NCBI RefSeq assembly: GCF_041956535.1
Contig: NW_027192198.1
Coordinates: 1,049,055-1,113,054 of the forward strand
DNA from: Calcarisporiella thermophila CBS 279.70
Lineage: Eukaryota; Fungi; Calcarisporiellomycota
Direction of reading: 5' to 3'
Length of the DNA stretch: 64,000 bases
The notes below the pieces were generated by a model. The model searched no databases. It saw only the letters and a list, made by a program, of their open reading frames with translations, and was not told the DNA's origin. The translations under genes and the position numbers were made by a program. This document shows positions 53,908 to 64,000 of the stretch, in pieces. The first letter of the stretch is position 1; every line of letters starts with the position of its first letter.

Positions 53908-55892
53908 GTGCCGCCCTTGAAAATGAGTAGCATATACCCCGTTCTATTCTCCCAGATCGCCGACCTCTCCTCCCAAATGCTTGAATTGGAAGGAGCCATG
54001 AACGACATTGTCACCCTCTCCGAGTTGCCTGAAGACTCCTACAACTCAAGCTCTGATCATAGAAATAGCTTTCCTCCAGACAAAGGCGCTTTAGAGCTGG
54101 TGAGAAGAGATCCGCTGCATAACTACGGCTGCTTCAGCTTAATTTCGGGCCAAAATTTACGATTTCAGCTTAAATTGAATTCGCTTGGAGATCTCCATCG
54201 CCTTCTAAGTGCACAATTAATCCTCGATGGCGTAGCTCCGCCTGACTTTATCCCCGCGGCTCGTCCGCCATCCCCGAAAAACAACCAGAAGGCGAACCGC
54301 TGCACTCTACTGAAGTGGAGCTTCCCTAAACCACTGGAGGACAAAGATCTAAGATTGCCCCCAAAATCGCTGGTACCTGGCCGCCGGCTCTTGGACCACC
54401 TGTTCCACGTGTATACGAGCGAATGCTTTCTTTCGAGTTATATGCCGCATCCAAATCGTGCTGCTTTTCTTGAGAGCTACTATCGCGGAAAAATCGAACC
54501 CGCTCTTCTTCACACCGCCTGTGCCTATGCTGCCATCCACTTATTACTGATGCATGCCGAGACGCCAACGCTAAAGCAGGTGCGCACTGTGGTAGGAGAT
54601 TTGGTCGCCAAGGCTAAAGCATGTTTAGAAGAGTCCTTTGATTCACCTTCCCCCTACGTGGTGCTTGCATTCCTTAACATGGAAGCTTGCATGCGGGTGC
54701 TCTCACGGATCAACGAGGCATACATGTATCATACCCAGGCCGCTCTGATGGCCCTTGCACTCAGGATGGATATCGACGACCCGAGCGAGCATGATGCGGC
54801 ACGCATAGAGTTTCACAGAAGAATATGGTTGGTGGAGCCGCACGACCCTTTGTTTATTCATTGAGCCCCTAACTCACCCCCATCCACCTACAGGAGTTTT
54901 CTGTGCAGGATGGAGATTTTAAATGTATATATGGACAGGAGGCGATCAATAATACCCTTAGATGTGATTCGAAAATCAACAAGAGCATCAGTGAAGCCCA
55001 ACGAGAGCAAGCGCTATAAAATTTTTATGGTAACCTTTGGACATTTTGAGTAGAGACAAGGGCCACTCTGCTACAATTTTATTATTATTGAACACAATAG
55101 CTGAATTTAATGGTGGATATCATCTCCTGCTCCAAATTCGCTCATTTCACCGACATTGACTGGACACTCCCGGATGCCGCGATAGCACAGAAACTTTTTA
55201 GCATAACCGCCTTCCTACAGCAGGAGCACATTCTCCGGCTAAAACAAGGAAGCGAACACAAATTACTTGATAGCGACATGCTCTTCACCGATATTAGCTC
55301 TACCTTTTGGATTCACTGGTGTTGCATATGGCAGCTGTTTATCGAGTCAGATATTCCGCCACGTAGATTGGAGACCGATTTAATGAAACAGTTACAGGCA
55401 AAGGCATATGAAGAATATGCTAAGGTAAGAGCATGCATGGAGCTGTATACTACTTTTCCAGATGAATACTTACAAGTATATTAAATCCTATACCCTTTGC
55501 ATGTAAAATCAAAGGGGGTATTCAATGCGACCCACCACTTGGAGGCTTCGATTCGGGGTCAAGACTGGTGCAAATTCTTCCCGTATACCATCATACGTCT
55601 CCATGTTATTTGCCAAATGCACAAATTTGTTGCCAGGAAGCACCCGGACCGTGCAATACGGCGTGAGGCTTTCCGGCAACTTGCCAAGATCCTCCAACTG
55701 CTGCGATCCCTCCCCAAGTCAAGAAGAATGGCAGAGCAATGGTTCGTGAATGAAGTGTTGCAGGCGCTGGAGGAGATGAAGCCTATGGTATTTACGAGCG
55801 AAGAATTTGAGGAAATGAGGGCTAAAAAACCCAGTTTTACTCCAACATCAAAGCTAAAATCCCTTGCAATCAAGCGTTGTGAGGATATTTAA
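53908..55892 (+). CDS. Fungal-specific transcription factor (middle homology region); remnant of a Zn2Cys6 domain upstream at ~53560-53720
   Basis: AYMYHTQAALMALALRM...EFHRRIW motif; four exons that splice in frame; upstream RACENC. Confidence 0.75.
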
Positions 55893-56869
55893 CAACTATT
55901 TATTTTTTTTATGTGTATTTGTATTGTAATCAAAAATCTTCTTGCTGTATCTATAATTGTTATCATTAAAACCCACCCGATATTTCATGAATATTTAAAG
56001 GATGTACTTCAGTCCATTGACCCTTCTGTTTTCACTTTTCTCTCATAACTGCCATCCAAACGACCGCGCCGAGTTTAATCGAAGGCATGCGATTCTAGAT
56101 TATTTTTTATTCAGGTGCAGTGGCATATTTTAAGTTTGGATTCTAGTTTCTTGGTATGTGCTTTAACCAACTGTATTTGTTCATTCTAGCGTTTCTCACA
56201 ATAATATATATATGCATTAGTCACTGATTCTTGTTGAAATTAAACCTAGAATTCATTCACTGCAGAATTCCTTGTAGATATTTTAAACAGAATAAAGATG
56301 CGATAGTACAGTCTGTAAGTCTGAGTAATTCCGAATATATATATATCGAACAGAATGCTTATTTTTATCGCATGTTTCATTTGCATTAGACAAGCGGTCA
56401 CCTAATTAGCAAAAAAAGATATAAAAATTGGGAATAAACAGATATACCCTAGGACCATTCAAGTATGAATTAAGCAACGAAAGCTATAATATTATTTTTT
56501 AAAATAAACAAAAAAAAAATAAAACAGACTTTTAAGTATAAACGCAAAATAGTAGCCAGGAAGCTATAGATATACAGCTATAAACCCCCAATAAAACTAA
56601 AAATTTTGGAATCGTCCTCAAGATCTAAGTTGCATATGCAGGGTCGTATCAAGTTCATGTTATGAAGCATCTAAAGATACATTGAATTGAAGAGAGAAAT
56701 GGGGCTGTAATTAAAGTATTTGATATTAGAGGGTTGAGTTTATTCCAAAAAGCTGAAAAATAGAGTGGTTTTGTATTAGATCAATCATGAGGAGTTATAT
56801 AAAGATCATGTAAAACTTTGGGAAAAAAAAAGGGTCGGTGCAGTTGTATGAAAAGCATTGGATATAAGC

Positions 56870-57713
56870 TTAGTAAAGGATGAAGTAGAGAAACGTGACG
56901 GCAGTGCAAAAAGAGATAGTGAATATCGTTACAAATGGCGACAGCAGGACTGCGCTGCCAAAACAGGTGGGACAAGCATTCGCTAGAGTCCACAATAATC
57001 GTCCAGTTAGTTGTCATCATCTATGTGTGAAGGATCAAATGTCACTTACGATCAGTTCTGTCGAAGTAGGGCTCTTTATTATACATGGCAATTTTCAATC
57101 TGTTCTCAGGAGTCAACTGCCCGGCACTTGGAACCGCGTTCGGCCCTCCTTTCGCTCCCGGATCATATAACTTTACCGTATACAATCCCTCAAGCATGGG
57201 TGGTAGTGTACCTGACTGCCTTGTATCCCATACAACGCTGGTAATACCTGCGCTCATATTCTTTGTTACAGGATAAGTGATGGTATTTGGCCCCACTATC
57301 TCAAAATTGAGGAATGAGGGTGTGAATACCAAATTGGTGTATCCCCACACAAAGGTGACATTGGAAGAGATAGCATAGAGCGCTGGGAAGGAAGGATTTG
57401 CAGTAGGTGTCTGCCAGATTATAACGCCGGGCGGGGAACGAGGGTCAACATAGAGGGGTTTAGAGGTAGTGGCACCAGCAGGTGCAGGAGTGGGCGGGGG
57501 TGCATTGACTGGGCCTTGCTGTGGGTTATGTGCCGGTGGGAGCTGGTTTTGGACTGGTGATGGATTTTGGGCAGGCGGGGGCTGGTTCTGGGCGGGAGGG
57601 GGTTGATTTTGGGCAGGTGGGTGATTATCCTGGTTTTCTTCTTGAGCCAGTGCCATAGTGACCAAAACCAATATTGCCACCAACCAGACCAATTCCAATA
57701 GTTGTCGCCGCAT
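56870..57713 (-). CDS. Secreted/surface-anchored protein with QNQPPPA repeats and a conserved fungal domain
   Basis: Signal peptide, Pro/Gln repeats, DPRSPPG...NVTFVWGYTNL, one intron, hydrophobic C-terminus after ACPTC. Confidence 0.75.
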
Positions 57714-58005
57714 AATGGTTCTTAATGCAATACAGCTTATTCTCTCGAAATATATATATATACAAGCTATAAATTGTAAAAATGAGAACAAAATGAAAAG
57801 AATGATGAGAAGGAGCGCGCATAAAAAAACAAGCTGTTAATAAAAGTCGTGTTTCATCGTTAGAAATGGAATAATTGAAATCTAGAAATTAAAGTACAGG
57901 AAAAGTCTGACGTCACCCCTCCTCTCAAAATTTTGTTTACAACTTCGTATCTCATGTTTTTCTTCCTCCTCCCTTTCAATTCTTTGAAATTCAATTTATA
58001 TAAAC

Positions 58006-58645
58006 ATGTCGGCTGATCTCGTCTGGCAAATCATCAAGGCCAACAACTCGTTCCTTGTGAAGCGCGCTGGTGTTGAATTCTCGAGCGAGCCCGGTAATCT
58101 CAAGAACCTGAACTCGTACAAATACTCCGGACTTGCCAACGAGAAGGTAAATTTTATTTTCGATGATTTCGCAAATGAATGGGAATTTTGGGAAATTACT
58201 AAATCGCGGGATGAGAGATGAGTGGCTTCAATCAGATGTTTATTGATGTGTCTTTTTTTTAGGTCGTCTCTATTGAGGCCAATGCTTCCGGTAAGGGGGC
58301 TGTCCTCTCCACCAAAAAGAAGGGCAAGGCCAATCATCCTTCCAAGGGTATCCAGAAGGCTCCCCTCACCAAGGGTATCCGTCGCTCTGCTCTCTCGGTC
58401 ACTAACGTTGTTGCCCGCTCTGGATATCGTCCCGATTTGCACAAGGTACATATCCTTAATATAGAGCCTGTCACAAGGCTATTTTGTCGTGAATGGGTGT
58501 TTTTACTTTTTTCACATTTTCCTCTACCTAGGCTGCTCTTGCGCGTGTCTCGGCTATCTATGCTAGCCAGAAGCCAAAGAAGACTTTGCCCGCAAAGAAG
58601 GTTCGTGGAGCCCGTGCCGCCGCTGCCGCTACTAAGCAGGAATAA
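58006..58645 (+). CDS. RPL28: 60S ribosomal protein eL28 (3 exons)
   Basis: [20 protein letters not shown]...[32 protein letters not shown] (symbol follows human/eL28 nomenclature). Confidence 0.95.
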
Positions 58646-59090
58646 AATAATGGATTGTACTGCTCTTGAATAAATTTCTCTTATCCATTAATTCTATCGG
58701 AATATAAGAATATGGAATCAAATTTGTTGATGGCAGGTTAGGTTAGAGAACATGATTTCTGAAGAGATTCTAAACTTGTTCCAGCAACACCACCTTCAAT
58801 AGTATCATCACATTCGCGTTTGATTGAGATATGTTTTTGATTAATTCTCTCATTTCCCTCTTTACACCAGTCCACATAGTTCTACACTAGGATAAAACAC
58901 CATAAAAAAATAAAAAAAAACTAAAAACATATTTTAGTGGATTTTCCGTTCTTTTTTCCCTCGTCTTCGTTTATAATCCCAACCCTCATCTTACACTATC
59001 CTTATTTATTTTTATATTTTTATGCCATCACATTCGTTAAACTGTTTATAGTCTTATTCATTTTGCTATATTATAAGGGTTATTCCGAAT

Positions 59091-60692
59091 ATGCTCCACA
59101 CTGAGTTTGGGCAACGTGTTCTCTCCTCTAGTTCCACAATCCCTTCCTTTGAAACTCCATTCCCTTCAACACGTTCCTTAGCAGCAGCTTCTCCCCACGC
59201 TCCTTTGAAAAACAAATATAATGCTGACCGGTAAATATCTCGTCTATGAGTTTAAATTTTTAGCGGCTTTTGTTTCAATCATCTAATTCTTATTTTTAGC
59301 TTCATCCCGAATCGATGCAATCTCTCCACTCGTTTCCACCTCCTTGATGACAATGGAGAACCTCCCAATACGCCTTGCCCAAAACGAACGCATTTTTCTA
59401 GTACATCTAGTAAATTTTTGAAAGATGATGGGGCCAAGCGTACATTTAACGATCTCCTACGCGCCGAGCTTTTTGGCCCTGACTTAATGCTCACTGATCT
59501 TGATGGATATAGCTCGGGCGATAGTAAACGCGGCTCCTCTTCGACCCCAAAGAAGCGCTTATTTACATATAACATGGGTTCCAATTTTCACCAAGGGAGC
59601 TCTTTGGATGCGCCAGTTAGAGACTCGTACAGCCTGAGTCCAATAGGGATGCATAGTCAACGCTTACTCCTTATGCATTCACCTCGCGGTATTAATAACA
59701 GACGCAAGAACATACCCAAACGAGAAGCGTATAAAATACTGGATGCACCCGAGTTAAAAGACGACTTCTACTTAAGCTTACTCAATTGGTCAGTGCGCAA
59801 CGTATTGGCCGTTGGATTGGGGAGTGCCGTCTATCTCTGGGCTAAAGAAGGGGAAGTGACGAAACTCTGTGATATTGGCGAGGAGAGCAAAGCAGAAGGT
59901 GGGAAGGAAGATTTTCCTACATCTATATCATGGTCCCCTAACGGATCATATCTGGCGGTGGGAACGAATTCTGGCACGGTCCAGTTATGGGACGCGGCAC
60001 AGTCGCGTCGAGTCTGCATTCTTCCTGGCCATATTGCACGAGTGGGAGCGATGACATGGTCCGATGGTGTTTTAACTACTGGCAGTCGCGATACAAGCAT
60101 TCTCCATCGTGACCCTCGCGAGCACCGCCCGTATTTCCAGAAGCTTGAGCATCATTCTCAAGAAGTGTGTGGACTAAGCTGGAGCCCCGATGGAAGGTAC
60201 CTTGCCTCGGGAGGTAACGATAACCTGCTATCCATAGTGGACGGGTTTCGTACAGAGCCATTGCACCGACTAGATGCACATCAGTCAGCGGTGAAAGCCC
60301 TTGCATGGCATCCACTTCAATCCGGCTTATTGGCGAGTGGAGGAGGCACCCACGATCAACGGCTTCGTTTCTGGAGTGCACAATCCGGCACGTTACTACA
60401 CGAAGTCGAAACCGGTTCACAAATCTGTCAGTTGGCGTGGTCTCCCACGGGCCGTGAACTCGTTTCCACCCACGGATATTCGCAAAATCAGATTGGGGTT
60501 TGGAAATACCCCACCATGGAGCAGGTTGCTTTGCTCCAGGGCCATACGAGTCGTGTGTTGTATTTAGCGGTCTCCCCCGATGGCCGAAGTATTTGTACCG
60601 GTGCTGGTGATGAAACCTTGCGGTTTTGGCGAGTGTTTGCGGAATCTTCTCCTCGAGAGGAGGAAATGGATCTGTTCTGGCAAATCAGATAG
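59091..60692 (+). CDS. APC/C co-activator, Cdh1/Fizzy-related WD40 protein
   Basis: C-box DR|FIPNR across intron 59231-59299, ILDAPELKDDFYL, WD40 repeats, AGDETLRFW, C-terminal IR tail. Confidence 0.93.
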
Positions 60693-61162
60693 AAGAACTT
60701 GGAAGCTGACGCTTGGGGCATTCCACGCGTGGTGAGGGGTTAGATGAGAGCAGCGGCTGGCTCCGTGTTTTTTCTCTATACTCTCAGTGTTATGTTTACC
60801 TATATCTCTCATTCATACATGGGCTGTCTGTTTTAATGTATTTTCATTCGAATCTATTTCATAAGGTTGGGCGTCTTTATTTCGTATATCACTTATTGTT
60901 GGAATGGGGATAATAATTTTACCATCAGTTTTAATGTATATATTATTATTATTGTCAGGGCTGTATATCGTTCTTTATCTATTATTTTATATATTTATCA
61001 TTTAAATCGGGAATTATTTTATATAGTATTTAGTTTTAGTGGGCTAGAGAGTATTTGTATCATTTCATGCTCTCGCTTTGCTTTCCTATCTCATTGATAT
61101 TTCACCCTTATCATTCATCTATTAAAGCCGTGGGATTTTTTTTTAAGCTGATATATATACAT

Positions 61163-62107
61163 CTAGTAAACAACACTAGCACGAATCGTGTAATCGGAGC
61201 CGTACACTCGGCTCATAAATCGAGTGTTATGCACCTTGCGTACCATCCGATACGCATCGCTCTCGCTCCCAAGTTTAATCAGGAATTTGGAAGTTAGAGC
61301 CTTCGCCGGATTTTGTAACTTAATCACACCTGGCTCTGTGCTTTCCATAGGCGTGAATCCTACCCGGTCAACCCATTCTCTAACCTCATCTTCCCCCAGC
61401 CTTCCCGGCAAGCCGCGCAAGACCACTGCGCGACCACTTGCAGCACCTAATTCGGGCCGCGAATGTTGGGACAGGATCTTGGCCGGGTCGGCAATAATGG
61501 AGGATGAAATTTGCACGCCTCCGAGGAATTTTTTCTGACAATTAAGAAGAAATCGTGCAGCTAATGGTTCTTCAGTAAACTCGATAATGGCCATTCCGGT
61601 CGGTTGAAAATATTGATTGCGAGAAAATACCACTAGTTGTAATGAAAAAGGAAAAAGGGAAAATTGGAAAGTAATGAGATTCTATCGAAGCATAGCAATA
61701 ATTCGATATGGATCGGTTCTTACCATCCAATACATCCGAGTCACGTATTTCACAATCTCTCCATAACCGTTCAACATCATCACGGATTGTTGTAAAAGGT
61801 AAGCGATGTAGCATTACAAAACGTGTTGATGTCTGTTTCTTTCCTGTAGCTTATGTAAAAAAGCAATCAGTAATCTCCTTCACTTTACTAGTGCCCTAGC
61901 ATGTATTATACCTCGTGCCACATCCTTTGGATCTATAATAAATTTGTTTTCTACGGGTCGCTTCCATTTTGAATTTGAAAGAGAATTTTCGTTTGCATCA
62001 TGCCCATTGCTTGAAAAAGGCTGGCATCGAATATATAATAATCTCGGCGCTTTCCTCGAATTTCTGCAACATAATATACCAAAGGATTGTAGTGATTTTC
62101 TCAGCAT
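61163..62107 (-). CDS. Probable mitochondrial RRM-like protein (3 exons)
   Basis: Basic presequence; two RRM-like segments (VMLHRLPFTT...GMAIIEF and VVLRGLPG...KFLIKL). Confidence 0.65.
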
Positions 62108-63300
62108 TATGTATATGGTAGAATTGGTTTCTATGAGAATAAATAAATGAAAATAGAGCGCTATATATAATTTACTTAAAGGACTGTTTTCAGGAAACTT
62201 GAAAATTGATTGGGCCGCAAAATATGTTAATGAAGCCGATAATAAATGATATTTGATTAAACATATCAAAAGTAGGTATAAAGGTTGTTAAAAAAAAATG
62301 ATGTAAATGTTTATGGTATTAAAGAGGAAGGAATAACAAAAAATAATAATTATAAATTAGGACGATAGGGAAATGTGGTAAAGAGATTGCTATCTTGGTT
62401 TCGGTCTGATGTCTTGAGGTTTCTTGGTTTGAAACCACGGCATCGTCCATGACATTCAACCTGTTTCTCCCTACTCATATGTCGATAAAGTCTTCACTTC
62501 AGTCGGATTTCATTTCCGTCCACCATTTGGATCTCGCTTCCTGCTATAGTTTATGAGCGTTAGATGGATCATGGCTTTGCGGCTCTAGGCGTGATAACTT
62601 TCACCGCTATCCCTTGTCTTGATTGTTATATTACACTCGGAGTACGGTTCAATGAAATCACTTCTTCAAAGCATTTATATATTTGTTTATCAAATCTAAT
62701 AGTCTGTCTATTTTCGTGAAACTGTGAGGTAAGAAAATAAACAAGTCTGGACCAACTTTTTGCGGTTTATCCTATATTTTATCTGCCCTGGTATCTTTCC
62801 AATAAAGCACCTAGACTTAAAAAAATTTTTTTCCCTTTTTGAACACGAATATCTGCGTACATTGGGTTATTCAATGTATATTATACAGTGTAGGATAACT
62901 CATTTTGAAGTACAGGAAACTAAGGGGATAGAGCTTAAAATGGCCCAATCACAAACTAGTAGATCAAGGCGTTCTTCGCTTCTCTGAAATTTAAGACTAT
63001 CAAATGGCTATCATTGAGTTTAGTGGGCACTCTATCGATATCTACTTCAATCCTACCTTGAAGTGCTTTACATGTAGAAGTAGATAAACTGTTAGGGTTG
63101 GTTGATTTGAACGGTTGGGTATATAGGTGAAATGTAGATAGATATTTTTTCTTCACTCTCGCATATGTTTAATATGCAGAAAGCAAAAGGTGCTGAACGG
63201 AAGTGACATTTACTTTCACTGTAATATATATATAAGCTCATATCGCATTGGGATTTCTGGCACCTTTTGCCTTAGGGAGGCTGTTGGGCTTTGAGGATTA

Positions 63301-63554
63301 TCCTATCCTGTAAAAAAGGTAGGGTAGCTTCTACGACAAAATCACCCAGGTAATGCTCCTGGCCTACCTTGAAGAATCTGAAAGTTAGAAGAAGACTACG
63401 CCAATCATTTTTGTTTTTGTTTTTGTTTTTTTTTGTTAGGAAGGCCTTTATTAAAAAGTATCCTTTTTCATTCTTCGATTATACCATCCCTCTTTTTTTT
63501 TTTAACAAAGGATCTTTATTGAAAAGTATCCTATCCTAGATTATACCATCCCGC
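63301..63554 (-). mobile_element. Cluster of SINE-A-related 3' fragments, including a 46-bp insertion with TSD
   Basis: 63301-63370 matches the reverse complement of ~915-980; poly(T)+TTTATT tails at ~63408-63463 and 63493-63538; direct repeat GATTATACCATCCC(T/G)C at 63477-63492 and 63539-63554. Confidence 0.75.
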
Positions 63555-64000
63555 TTTTTTTTTTTCCTCTTTGTTTTGCAAAAAAAATTTCAAGTTAAAA
63601 TATTCTTTTGACTTGTGTTCAATGTTGCGTCAAATATTAGACTAATAGGGTCTATCTCGACAATCCTCTAGCTATCCCTAAGCTCTTGATTGTCCTTCCC
63701 TAAACACTTCAGAAGGCTAATAAACGACACAAAGTGGATTGTGAAGTAATCCTCTTCTATCTCAATACAAAATAGCACGTTTTATTGTAAATGAAATATC
63801 GGTCTTTTTATACTGTTGTTAACGTATCACATAGGGAAAAATATAAATAATAAAAGTAATATAATGGCATCATCTCAATATAATAAAGTTATCATAAAAT
63901 AAGGTTGGCGTAATAAACAATCGGATAATATTAAATATTCTCACAAAAGGGCTCAGTTAAAGAAACAAAGATAATAAAGCGATCAAGTCACAAAAGCTAA

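Overview
Eukaryotic, intron-containing genomic DNA from a fungus. The gene content (Msb2, Vtc1, Ecl1-like, fungal-specific TF, eL28) and divergent proteins suggest an early-diverging lineage, but the taxon cannot be fixed from sequence alone. About 21 protein-coding genes are present, mostly housekeeping: Sec7-PH Arf-GEF, Msb2 mucin, thioesterase, FAH, PP1, DGAT2, GGT, myosin V, CFA-type methyltransferase, DUF1365, acyl-CoA synthetase, Vtc1, eL28 and a Cdh1-like protein. There are three tRNA genes (Asp-GTC, Lys-CTT, Pro-AGG), all on the minus strand. The main discovery candidate is an apparent tRNA-gene-targeted non-LTR retrotransposon system. Two unrelated ~340-bp tRNA-headed SINEs and a 5'-truncated L1/Tx1-type LINE, each with poly(A) and target-site duplications, sit 62-72 bp upstream of two different tRNA genes, head-to-head with them. 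Their target sequences differ, and they share a 3' stem-loop enclosing AATAAA. This geometry resembles Dictyostelium TRE5. A second candidate is a divergent CFA/UfaM-like methyltransferase plus DUF1365 (UfaO-like) gene pair next to an acyl-CoA synthetase, resembling the bacterial methylated/furan fatty acid cassette. All coordinates were read by eye, and multi-exon CDS are given as start-to-stop spans.
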